Part shown: positions 51,201-62,213 of the stretch, piece after piece
How the letters are laid out: the number at the start of each line of letters is the position of its first letter
How positions within the stretch are numbered: the stretch's first letter is position 1
Assembly: GCF_902652985.1 (NCBI RefSeq)
Contig: NC_047032.1
Coordinates: forward strand, 3,844,001 to 3,908,000
Source: Pecten maximus
Taxonomy: Eukaryota
Direction: 5' to 3'
DNA length: 64,000 nt
Translations under genes and position numbers: made by a program
Notes under the pieces: model-generated
The model's database searches: none
Told to the model about the DNA's origin: nothing
What the model saw: the letters and a program-made list of their open reading frames with translations, nothing else

Positions 51201-53343
51201 AGGTGTGAAAGAATGGGAGAAACGAGAAAAAGAAATTATTGCAAAACTTTGTGGAAATGAATCTGAGTCCAATTATCTGGTCATTACAATTCGTAGTGGA
51301 ATGATTAATTCTTTAAGTGGCCTGGGAAAATTATTTACTAAAGAAAACATTGTTGACCTTAGCCAGTACAAAGAAGACAAAGAAAAACTTGCATTGTTAA
51401 AGTTGTATCAACCAAAAACTGAATTTGTTAAATGGACAGATGATGAGGAGAAACAGATTGTGGCCTCGGCCCCAGACATTGGGTTTCCACAGTGTTGTAG
51501 ATTATTTAGGGACACACCTAGTTTACAAACAGAGAGAGTCAAATTCTTTGAAAGACCTTTGCATTATTTTAAATCCTCTTTATCTAAATTAGAAGACGGG
51601 AAATTTTATGGTCTGCTGTATCTGTTTCTCAAAGGCGGCTCAGTTCTAGAACATGATTTAGACCCTTTTATTGAAAATATTGAAGAAAATGAGGAAATGA
51701 AAGCAGCATTTGCTTTTGATGTAGTAAAAGTAAACCCAACATCTGAGCTTATTTACAAAAAAGAAAAGAAAGCAGAATTTGTAAAGGAGTCATTAGAATG
51801 CCTTTTTGGTTGGCTGGTGAGAAAAGAATCTACACTGTGGAAAAAATGTCCCTTTTACAAATTCAAACACGACTCCATTGAGGAAACAGTGGCACTTCTG
51901 TATGGAGAGAAAACTCCCATTGGCTACATACAGAATTGTCCCAGAAAGTTCCTCAGTTATGTAACTACAACAAAAAACACCCCAAACAGAATAGTTATAT
52001 CATCTGATAATCAAACCAATGCCATGTATAAACGTATAGTGACAGAGTTTCAATCTGTTGATCCTGAAAGTTACTGGTATTTGAGTGAGTATGAATATTT
52101 ATTTAGATTAGATGTATGGACAGACACCCTGTTTTTACAGGGTTTTATCAGATGGCTAAGTGGTCAGAATGATGACAAAAACTTACACCAACTGATAAAA
52201 TGTGCCTTGTTAAATGAAGCTTGCTCTGCTGGTTTAGAAGATCATTTCTCGTATCTCCTTTCTGTGGGTGCCACACCCGACAATAATACACCGTTTATTG
52301 TAGTGGAGGGTGGGAGTGTACGACTACTGACACAAATACTAATGTATGGCGTCATTCCTACAGCGAAGGCACGCGAGTCACAATCATCACATTATACTGA
52401 AGATATCAATGTCCTACACGAGGCTTGTTTGTTTGAGAGAGAAGTGATGGTGACCATGTTGTGTGACACTTACCCAGACTTGGTACATGAGACTGATCGC
52501 TATGGACGAAGCCCGCTCCATCTTGTGGCACGGACAGGAAACGTTGGTATATTTCAGACAGTGGAGAGAATGATACTTAAATCTTTGTGTAGAGTTGAGG
52601 ATGTACAACGTAAGTGTGAGATAGAAGATGGTCGTGTTGTACATAGGAGTTGTGTGTGTGGTCAGTACATGTCACAGTTAGTGTACGAGGACGGGTTTAC
52701 AATATTACATCATAGTTGTATGTATGGACACAGGGTGCTTAGTTTATACCTGTGTGAGTGTTACCCAGCACTAACTACAGCTTTAACTAACGACGGGTGG
52801 ACAATATTACATTGGAGTTGTAGTCAGGGACACAGGGAGCTTAGTTTAGAGCTGTGTAAGTTATACCCAGCACTGACTACAGCTGTAGATAAGTACGGGT
52901 CTACAATATTACATCGTAGTTGTAGGTGGGGACACAGGAAGCTTAGTTTAGAGCTGTGTAAGTTATACCCAGCACTGACTACAGCTGTAGATAACGACGG
53001 GTGGACAATATTACATGTTAGTTGTAGTTGGGGACGCAGGGAGCTTAGTTTAGAGCTGTGTCAGTGTTACCCAGCACTAACTACAGCTGTAACTAACAAC
53101 GGGTATAATTGTCTACATCACATAGCCAGAGAGACATCAGATGTAGACATGTTCACTGATTGTGAACGTCACGTAAAACAGTACGTAGAGAAAACAGGAG
53201 GTAAGTATGACATCACGACCTTACTTACTAAACGTGGGAAATCTGTTTTAGACCTGGCAAAGGAACAGACAGAGTGGGAGAGAATGTTGAGGAAGTTAGA
53301 TAACCCATTGTATGATCATCTTGTCGAGGTGTTTACTAAGTAA
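36110..53343 (+). CDS. NLR-like protein: signal peptide-TM-Ig-DZIP3-like HEPN-coiled coil-STAND (nSTAND3-like) NTPase-ankyrin repeats, 1237 aa
   Basis: Exons 36110-36281, 37979-38278, 41110-41718, 42846-42908, 43884-43967, 46989-47018, 50888-53343. All GT-AG and phase 1; total 3714 nt, open throughout. Confidence 0.8.
36775..37616 (-). mobile_element. HINE-type non-autonomous element fragment (same family as 48258-49879)
   Basis: ~150-bp internal repeats (gggctgacccccaggggcctg); terminal ccaggtgagcgatacaggccctctgggcctcttgtt. Confidence 0.75.
37615..37987. repeat. ~44-bp tandem repeat containing copies of the Ig-exon splice acceptor
   Basis: tttaaattttcag|atgagccta and its variant tgttcag|acaagccta repeated ~8 times; the last copy is the true acceptor. 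Confidence 0.85.
37979..38278 (+). CDS. exon 2: immunoglobulin (I-set-like) domain
   Basis: EPTVEI...VEVGQQAELRCSV...VTW...LII...DEGEYVCTV...TKLTLV; 300 nt, phase 1-1. Confidence 0.88.
38342..39366 (-). mobile_element. HINE-type element (same family as 58657-60768), ~4-5 internal 156-bp units; further fragment at 39715-39970
   Basis: Reverse complement of 58657-60768, including the terminal palindromes. Confidence 0.85.
41110..41718 (+). CDS. exon 3: DZIP3/hRUL138-like HEPN domain
   Basis: TNFARICRLVVD...DLDVSLLYILLRNL...PPHKNGWG..P...DRSLSANIDRLRSQRNEAYGH (Rx4-6H); 609 nt, phase 1-1. Confidence 0.88.
41970..42817. repeat. 38-bp intronic satellite (~22 copies)
   Basis: tatcactatacctttgacaggtgtgtatggatctttgt, with 31-bp deletion variants. 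Confidence 0.95.
42846..42908 (+). CDS. exon 4: coiled-coil heptads
   Basis: ttttag|GGGAAATC...AAAG|gtatgt; 63 nt, EICDVKQRQDEMTTDMDNLK. Confidence 0.78.
43884..43967 (+). CDS. exon 5: coiled-coil heptads
   Basis: ttttgacag|GCACT...GCAG|gtataa; 84 nt, TVDAVSGDVDAVKKDVSDMKQ. Confidence 0.78.
44625..45232 (+). repeat. 89-bp tandem array (~7 copies) derived from a tRNA-like/SINE head
   Basis: First unit starts gctagctcagtcg (A-box-like); each unit carries ggttcacac (B-box-like). Confidence 0.8.
45278..46648. repeat. 49-bp intronic satellite (~28 copies, 42-bp variants)
   Basis: gacccaaagtctagtccagcccctgggaatttagttcactgtcaggatt. Confidence 0.95.
46989..47018 (+). CDS. exon 6: 30-nt micro-exon
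   Basis: ttttacag|GAAGGGATCCTAAGTTGACAGCTATGATAG|gtgagt; phase 1-1, RDPKLTAMI. Confidence 0.7.
48258..49879 (-). mobile_element. full-length HINE/Helentron-type non-autonomous element
   Basis: Hairpin agctcacctggtccgaaggactaaggtgagct, (ccgt)n microsatellite, ~8 internal ~150-bp repeats, terminal caggtgagcg...ggccctctgggcctcttgtt. Confidence 0.85.
50362..50518. repeat. 157-bp near-perfect palindrome, probably the end of a non-autonomous DNA element
   Basis: ~65-bp arms around the centre ataaaccgc-ttc-gcggtttat. Confidence 0.85.
50888..53343 (+). CDS. exon 7: STAND NTPase (nSTAND3-like) + helical/winged-helix region + ankyrin repeats
   Basis: cttgcag|ATACA in frame with ORF 51049-53343. Walker A IIQGNSGDGKS, Walker B VIYFDDIFG, IGFPQCC, YKFKHDSI; ankyrin repeats GRSPLHLVARTGN and GxTILHxSCxxGH; AATAAA at ~53396 and ~53463. 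Confidence 0.92.
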
Positions 53344-53689
53344 ATGTGTTAATTATTCACACTTCTATACACTAACTTGTGTAACATAATGACAAAATAA
53401 ACAGCAACGAACAGAACACTGTGGAAACCTTTTGTGGGGTCATCTTGTCAAGTTTATTTGTAAATAAAAGTACTTAGAAATATTCATACATACCTCTTTA
53501 CCTTCTGTACATTAACTTGTATAACATGGTGTATAATTAAACAAAGATTAAGTTGAAGAAACAATTTATTTTCATCATTGTTCACAAAAACGAACAAAAG
53601 TCGTGAGTTTTAGAAATTTTCTTCGGCGATAGGGGGTGTCCTCGGGTAGGTCCGAGTGAAAGGAAGGTGGTGATACAAATAACCGCCTG

Positions 53690-54538
53690 GTACGGCCCAA
53701 CACAGACTGGAGGGTAGGGTAGGGCCCAACACAGACTGGAGGGTAGGTAGGGCCCAACACAGACTGGAGGGTAGGGTAGAGCCCAACACAGACTGTAGGG
53801 TAGGGTAGGGTAGGGCCCAACATAGGCTGGAGGGTAGGGTAGGGCCCACGCAGACTGGAGGGTAGGGTAGGGCCAAACACACAGACTGGAGGGTAGGGTA
53901 CGGCCCAACACAGACTGGAGGGTAGGGTAGAGCCCACCACAGACTGGAGGGTAGGGTAGAGCCCAACATAGACTGGAGGGTAGGGTAGGGCCCAACACAG
54001 ACTGGAGGGTAGGGTAGGGCCCAACACAGACTGGAGGGTAGGTAGGGCCCAACACAGACTGGAGGGTAGGGTAGAGCCCAACACAGACTGTAGGGTAGGG
54101 TAGGGTAGGGCCCAACATAGGCTGGAGGGTAGGGTAGGGCCCACGCAGACTGGAGGGTAGGGTAGGGCCAAACACACAGACTGGAGGGTAGGGTACGGCC
54201 CAACACAGACTGGAGGGTAGGGTAGAGCCCACCACAGACTGGAGGGTAGGGTAGAGCCCAACATAGACTGGAGGGCAGGGTAGGGCCCAACACAGACTGG
54301 AGGGTAGGGTAGGGCCCAACACGGACTGGAGGGTAGGGTAGGGCCCAACACAGACTAGAGGGTGGGGTACGGCCCAACACAGACTGGAGGGTGGGGTACG
54401 GCCCAACACAGACTGGAGGGTAGGGTAGGGTAGGGCCAAACACAGACTGGAGGGTAGGGTAGGGCCCAACACAGACTGGAGGGTAAGGCCCATCTCTGAC
54501 TGGAGGGTAGGGTAGGGCCCAACACAGACTGGAGGGTA
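53690..54538. repeat. 29-bp G-rich satellite (~29 copies) downstream of the STAND gene
   Basis: agactggagggtagggtagggcccaacac; explains the three repetitive minus-strand ORFs. Confidence 0.96.
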
Positions 54539-55633
54539 TTCAAGGTCATATTATAATGTAAATATTAACTCGTATGAATAATGTTGAATATTTACTATTT
54601 AGAAATTGGAACTGTTTTAGTAACAAATATTTTTGTGACAACCGCATCATCAGACTTGCAATACTGTAAATAGTATAATAGTTCACACAACTAAAGACAT
54701 TGTTAAATTAACCATAATCACGTCATTTTCAGGTATTTTATAGACTGCTATGTCTTGTTCTTTATGTAGTTTTTTTTTTAAATTTGATTTCATTCATTTA
54801 TTTTTAATTGTTTTTATTATTTTTATTTTTTTTTTGGCAAATTAACATATAGATAAAATGTTGATTAAAGTTATGAGAGAGATTTCTGTTGAAATGTGTT
54901 TTTTCTAATCTTAAAATTGTTTCATCAACTATTTGTATTGATATTTCAAAGTAATACATAAGCAAGATTTTTTTTTAACAACAAAAATTCGAATGAAATC
55001 TAAAAACTTTTATAAACTAAGAAAAGAAAAAATCCTGAAGTTTGTTTCTTGTACATTCCTAGTATTTTAGTTATTTTTGTTTGTTTTGGTTTTCTATATT
55101 TAACATACATTCTATGTTTAGAAAACCTGATCCAACAAAAATTGTTTTACAATATCAATATTCGTACCTTGTACTGGCTTATCTGTATTTTTGTTCTTTG
55201 GTGAGGAATTTTAATTGGCATTTCAAAGTGATACAAAATTTATTTTTGTTTGATTTCTAGCAAGAAAAAAAAATTATACACTGGTATCATTTGTACAGTT
55301 TGCAACGTGTATGATAGAATATTTATAAATAAAACAACCTTAATATGATCTGACAGGGGAAACATTAATTATCCGTTCCAGCAGTCAGATGTTAGCATTT
55401 TTCATGGGCAATAGTACATACATTGTGTAAATTACATTTTGTAAGTCAGATTGCCAGTGCATGTATTTTTATTTTATTCTATCTGGTGAAATCTCATGTA
55501 ATACAATGTGAAGTGTATTATTGTTGTTATAATTGCTGATACAATTGTTTTAAAATCCTGGTAATTTGTTTATTTTTGTTTGTGTGGTATCAATATTTAA
55601 GATATTTGTTAAAAAATAACAACCATAATTATT

Positions 55634-56025
55634 TTATAACATCAATATTGGTACCTGGTACTGGTTTTACTAGAAATCACTGTGATACCAGGAACAGAGC
55701 AATGAGGCTGAGTTATAACATCAATATTGGTACCTGGTACTGGTTTTACTAGAAATCACTGTGATACCAGGAACAGAGCAATGAGACTGAGTTATAACAT
55801 CAATATTGGTACCTGGTACTGGTTTTACTAGAAATCACTGATACCAGGAACAGAGCAATGAGACTGAGTTATAACATCAATATTGGTACCTGGTACTCAC
55901 TTTACTAGAAATCACTGTGATACCAGGAACAGAGCATTGAGGCTGAGTTATAACATCAATATTGGTACCTGGTACTGGTTTTACTAGAAATCACTGTGAT
56001 ACCAGGAACAGAGCAATGAGACTGA
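55634..56025. repeat. 79-bp tandem repeat, 5 copies
   Basis: ttataacatcaatattggtacctggtactgg...cagagcaatgagactgag. Confidence 0.95.
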
Positions 56026-56404
56026 TTTCGTATTTACAGGAGTGTGTTGATTGACAGAAAACTTTGATACATATTTATATGTAAGTCTAGTTTGTTGTAT
56101 ATTATGTAATAGTATATGTTTGTTGCCTTTTGTTTGTATGAATAGTTTCTAGACCTGACTGAAGAGAAAGTGATTGTATAGAATGAAGTGTTGTGTTATT
56201 AGTATTGTTTGTATAAATAGTTGTTAGACTAGATATAACTGAAGGGAATGAAAGTGAGTGTATGTGTAGTTTCAAAATTCATGTGATCAGCTCACAACGT
56301 AAAAGAAATGACACCGCCTTTAGTAACGTCGCTTTTGATTGGCTGTTATAGTGGCGTATTAATTTTTAGAGAAAAGAGGCTATCAATAAAAGTGGATTTC
56401 AAAG

Positions 56405-57055
56405 GGATTGTTTGAGACGAAGTTGACCTATTGTGATAGCCTTTTGTCCATTGTCGTGCGTCGTGTGGTGGGCGTCATAAACAATTTACATTTTCAACTT
56501 CTTCTCAATTTCCAACAGGCCCAGAGACCTGATATTTAATCTGTTGTCACAGGGGTCAAATATACTAAAATCTTTGAATGACTTCTTCTTGATAACCAAA
56601 GGGCCCAGTGACTTGATATTGGTCCTGTAGCATGCTGGGCTGAAGGGATACCAAGTGTGTCCCAATAACATTGATCTTCATTCAAGGTCACATGGGTCAA
56701 AAAGGCTATAATCTTTAAATGACTTCTCAATGACCAAGTTGCCTGTGGACTTTTTATTAGGCTTGTAGCATGTCGGGGTGAAGGGCTCCCAAGTTTGTTC
56801 AAATGAATGACCTTGACCTACAGTCAAGGTCACAGGGGTGAAATTTTGCAATATCCAAGAGTTTCCGAGACCTGATATTAGGCCAATAGTATGCTGGAAA
56901 GAAGGACTAGAAAATTTATTGAGATGAATAAACCTAGCCTTCTCTGATATTTGAATAAAGAGGTAATCAGCATAGTATCTGTAGAAATGACCTCAATCTA
57001 ACTCAAAGTTGCTGTAGAGCTAGGTGAGCGATACAGGTCCATTGAGCCTCTTGTT
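56405..57055 (-). mobile_element. degenerate HINE-type element (related to 25077-25631)
   Basis: Ends aggtgagcgatacaggtccattgagcctcttgtt; internal caaggtcac/gcatgctggg repeats. Confidence 0.6.
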
Positions 57056-57806
57056 TTAAGGTGAAAGGGGTCAAATGTATAAAAATCTTCTGATAATTCA
57101 GTGTCACTCGTGTTCATGATATTGGACCAGGAGCATGTTAGAGTGGAGGGCTACAAATGTTGTTAAAATGTTAACTTTGACTTTCTTTGAAGGTCACATA
57201 GGTCAAAGGTTGAGAAAAATGATACATTTAAAGTCACATTCTTTTATATATAGTAAGTAAAACTTCAAACTGAAGTTGGGGGTCTCCAGGGGTCAGATTG
57301 ATGAAAGTGTGGACTTAGAATACTTCTTCATATTGTATTTCAACATGCATTGTGTTGTGATATTCAGAGATCTCTGTATGTAAATAAAACTGTGATATTG
57401 ATGTCCAGTTATATAAGTTACTGGTGTGTTTGTCCGTTGTCAGTATAATATGACCAAATGGGGTATCCTGCTGGGTGTATTCATTTCCAATGAGTAATTT
57501 TGTTGACTTTGTATATGCGAGAACAAATAAATTGTATTTGAGAGAAAAAATAAAGAATTAAAACTAAAATACTGTTCTCCTTGTCAATAACTTCTTCAGA
57601 ACCAGTTGAATGGAGTATAATGTCACCCTGTTGATTTTATTAATTATCAGGGCGACTGGAAAAGTAATTGCTACCAGCCCTAATTAGACCCACTATATAC
57701 TGTCATATATATGTTGTACAAACATTAATCTATCTTGTATGTAGGTCACCTAGCGGAGTGAGTTTATGTCGTGATGTGAAGTCTGTCATCATAGCCTTTC
57801 CCTTTA

Positions 57807-58265
57807 GGAAACAACCAACCAATTGAAAAAATATATTTTTGAAACAGCCCCTGTGTATAACGTTGAGCCAAGGATAAAATGTCTGGCAGCTACTGATTGG
57901 CCAGTATGTTATGAAGTGAGAAAATAGATATGTAGCCTGATAGGTAACTATCAATAAGAAATGTTGATATAAATTTCGTAAGTCCGATTGGTTTTTTCCC
58001 AAAAGTTCACGTAAAAATAGTAAACACAGGTAAACATTTAAGATTTTTGAGAATTTTTACTGCGAAATTCACCTATTTTCAAAATGGCTACCCTGAAGAA
58101 AATTTGAGCTGAAGGACCCAACATTTTTTTTTGATTAGGTGTTATATCAGACCCTAAACTTTTGTTATAAACCATAATCGTCATATTCAATTCAAGAATT
58201 TGAATGAAATAATCCAAAACGTTAACACTAAGGTCTATGGGAAAACAATTGGTTGGTTGGTCTCT
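57807..58265. mobile_element. MITE, possibly Kolobok-like
   Basis: Imperfect TIRs caaccaaccaattg / caattggttggttg with ttta/ttaa flanks. Confidence 0.5.
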
Positions 58266-58656
58266 TTAAACGACTTCTCAATGACCAAAAGGCACAGTTA
58301 ATATTGTGCTGGTGGTATGGTGGGCTACCATAGTTGTTCAAATGAATGTATTAATGTAAGAGTTGGAATTCTTTTGTATAACATTTTCACTTTTTGACGT
58401 TTCAAGGCGGAGAGTTCCAATAATTGTAAAATTAGATCATGTTCGATGAGAAGACAAGACAAACACTGTATTATATTGTCATAATTTAAGTTTAATCACC
58501 ATTCGATATAATGTTACCTCCCAGATAATTAATGGTTACACAATTACTCTGATATTACTGTTATGCATGTATATCCAACATAAAGTATACAAATTTATAA
58601 CGAAACTTCCCCATTAAAATAAACGTTCATACCTATTTCAAACATCATCATCTATA

Positions 58657-60768
58657 AAACAAGAGATCCCAGAGGGATCTTGGCGCCCACCATTGAATGA
58701 TCTTTATAGGTTCCATGTCAGATTGATCTTTTCTCTACTTTTCCCTTCCTCTAAGTCTTACTAATCTGTGTAAATTCAGAAACAGCCCTCTAGTACTTTT
58801 CAAACAAGGGTAACCTATATATAAAATTTAAGATTTAGCGATAATGGCTGTCTGTCGGCCATGTTGTTTTCAGATTGGTCCCAAAATGCAACACCAGGGA
58901 CCAAGGAGAACCTACATATGAAATTTGAGAAAGATCCCTTCAGTAACTTCTGTAAAATAGCGATAACAAACTTCAATTGTCAAAATACAAGATGGCTGCC
59001 TGTCGGCCAGGTTGTTTTCTGATTGGTCTCAAAATCCAATATGCATAACTAGGCACAGAGGGCAACCTACATATGAAATTTGAGAAAGATCCCTTCAGCC
59101 ATTTCTGATAAATAGCGATAACAAAATTCAATTGTCAAAATCCAAGATGGCTGGCTGTCGGCCATGTTGTTTTCCTATTGGTCCCAAGATGAAACTACAG
59201 ACCAAGGGGAACTTACAAACAAGTTTGAGAAAGATCCCTTCAGTACTTTCTGAGAAATAGCGATAACAAACTTCAATTTTCAAAATCCAAGATGTCTGCT
59301 TGTCGGCCATGTTGTTTTCCGAAAGGTCTCAAAATGCAATATGCATATCAAGGCAATGAGGGGAACCTACATATGAAATTTGAGAAAGATCCCTTGAGTA
59401 CTTTTTCAGAAATAGCGATAACAAACTTCAATTGTCAAAATCCAAGATGGCTGCCTGTCGGCCATGTTGTTTTCCGATTGGTCTCAAAATGCAATATGCA
59501 TAACTAGGCACCCCGGGGGAACATATATATGAAATTTGAGAAAGATCCCTTCTGTACTTTCTGAGAAATAGCGATAACAAACTTCAATTGTCAAAATCCA
59601 AGATGGCTGCCTGTCGGCCATGTTGTTTTTCGATAGGTCTCAAAATGCGATATGCATAACTAAGAACCAAGGGGAACCTACACATGAAATTTGAGAAAGA
59701 TCCCTTCTGTACTTTCTGAGAAATAGCAATAACAAACTTCAATTGTCAAAATCCAAGATGGCTGCCTGTCGGCCATGTTGTTTTGCGATTGGTCTCAAAA
59801 TGCGATATGCATAACTAGGCACCAAGGGGAACCTACATATGAAATTTGAGAAAGATCCCTTCAGCACTTTCTCAGAAATAGCGATAACAAACATCAATTG
59901 TCAAAATCCAAGATGGCTGCCTGTCGGCCATGTTGTTTTCCGATTAGTCTCAAAATGCAATATGCATAACTAAGAACCAAGGGGAACCTACACATGAAAT
60001 TTGAGAAAGATCCCTTCTGTACTTTCTGAGAAATAGCGATAACAAACATCAATTGTCAAAATCCAAGATGGCTGCCTGTCGGCCATGTTGTTTTCCGATT
60101 GGTCTCAAAATGCGATATGCATAACTAGGCACCAAGGGGAACCTACATATGAAATTTGAGAAAGATCCCTTCAGCACTTTCTCAGAAATAGCGATAACAA
60201 ACATCAATTGTCAAAATCCAAGATGGCTGCCTGTCGGCCATGTTGTTTTCCGATTAGTCTCAAAATGCAATATGCATAACTAGGCACCAAGGGGAACCTA
60301 CATATGAAATTTGAGAAAGATCCCTTCAGTACTTTCTGAGAAATAGCGATAACAAACTTCATTGTCAAAATCCAAGATGGCTGCCTGCAGCCTCTCGGCC
60401 ATGTTGTTTTCCGATAGGTCTCAAAATGCGATATGCATAACTAGGCACCAAGGGGAACCTACATATGAAATTTGAGAAAGATCCCTTCAGTACTTTCTGA
60501 GAAATAGCGATAACAAACTTCATTGTCAAAATCCAAGATGGCTGCCTGTCGGCCATGTTGTTTTCCGATAGGTCTCAAAATGCGATATGCATAACTAGGC
60601 ACCAAGGGGAACCTACATATGAAATTTGAGAAAGATCCCTTCAGTACTTTCTGAGAAATAGCGATAACAAGAATTGTTTACGGACGGACGGACGGACGGA
60701 GGGACGGACGACGGACCACGGACGCAGGGCGATTTGAATAGCCCACCATCTGATGATGGTGGGCTAAA
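58657..60768 (+). mobile_element. full-length HINE/Helentron-type element with ~12 internal 156-bp tandem units
   Basis: 5' palindrome agatcccagagggatct + subTIR gcccacca; (ggac)n; 3' hairpin agcccaccatctgatgatggtgggct; A-run flanks. Confidence 0.88.
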
Positions 60769-60918
60769 AAATAATAAAAAATAAAGTACTTCAGGAAGGA
60801 AAAGCTGGATTTAAATGTCCTTACTCAGCAAATCCAAAATGGCTTCCTCCCCAGCAATAAGGTGACATCCCTATGAGGTGATTAAGTTTCACACCACAGA
60901 AACAACAGTCCAATTCTC

Positions 60919-61140
60919 TGACATGATCACAGTGATGGTCGGCCCGATACCATGACATGATCACAGTGATGGTCGGCCCGATACCCTGACATGGTCATCA
61001 CAATGGTCCGCCCGACACCCTGACATGATCACGGTGATAGCTGGTCCAATATCCTGACATGGTCATCGCAATGGTCCGCCCGATACCCTGACATGATCAC
61101 AGTGATGGTTGGCCCAATACCCTGACATGATCACAGTGAA
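60919..61140. repeat. 33-34-bp minisatellite (~6.5 copies)
   Basis: tgacatgatcacagtgatggtcggcccgataccc. Confidence 0.9.
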
Positions 61141-61151
61141 GTATGTAGCAG

Positions 61152-62150
61152 TATCAAATCCAAGGCCCTTCTTCAGCAGGCCAGGTTAATAAAATACAGT
61201 AATGACCTCAAGGGAAGTCTATAACAGTATAATACAGTAATCAAATCCCAGGCCCTTCTTCACCAGGCCAGGTTGATAAAATACAGTAATGACCTCAAGG
61301 GAAGTCTATAACAGTATTATACAGTAATCAAATCCCTGGCCCTTCTTCACCAGGCCAGGTTGATAAAATACAGTAATGACCTCAAGGGAAGTCTATAACA
61401 GTATTATACAGTCATCAAATCCCATGCCCTTCTTCACCAGGCCAGGTTGATAAAATACAGTAATGACCTCAAGGGAAGTCTATAACAGTATTATACAGTA
61501 ATCAAATCCCAGGCCATTCTTCACCAGGCCAGGTTGATAAATTTCAATAATGACCTCAAGGGAAGTCTATAACAGTATTATACAGTCATCAAATCCCATG
61601 CCCTTCTTCAACAGGCCAGGTTGATAAAATACAGTAATGACCTCAAGGGAAGTCTATAACAGTATCATACAGTAATCAAATCCCAGGCCATTCTTCACCA
61701 GGCCAGGTTGATAAATTTCAATAATGACCTCAAGGGAAGTCTATAACAGTATTATACAGTCATCAAATCCCATGCCCTTCTTCACCAGGCCAGGTTAATA
61801 AAATGCAGTAATGACCTCAAGGGAAGTCTATAACAGTATCATACAGTCATCAAATCCCGGGCCCATCTTCAGCTGTCCAGGTTAATAAATTACAGTAATG
61901 ACCTCAAGAGAAGTCTATAACAGTATCATACAGTCATCAAATCCCTGGCCCTTCTTTAGCAGGCCAGGTTAATAAATTACAGTAATGACCTCAAGAGAAG
62001 TCTATTACAGTATCATACAGTCATCAAATCCTAGGCCCATCTTCAGCTGTCCAGGTTAATAAATTACAGTAATGATCTCAAGAGAAGTCTATAACAGTAT
62101 CATACAGTCATCATATTCTTGGCCCTTCTTCACTAGGCAGGTAAATTACA
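61152..62150. repeat. 87-bp tandem array (~11 copies) just past the VPS13B stop codon (probable 3' UTR)
   Basis: aatgacctcaagggaagtctataacag recurs every 87 nt. Confidence 0.93.
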
Positions 62151-62213
62151 GGCCCTGATTTCTCCTCTTCACCAGACCAACAGTAAATGACCTCAGGAAA
62201 TGTTTATACTTGA

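Noticed and set aside
53660-53720. Possible twister/HDV-like ribozyme
   Set aside because: Only partial motif resemblance; conserved core and pseudoknot pairings could not be established by eye
53575-54549. Three long Pro-rich minus-strand ORFs (258-303 aa)
   Set aside because: Translations of the 29-bp satellite in all three frames
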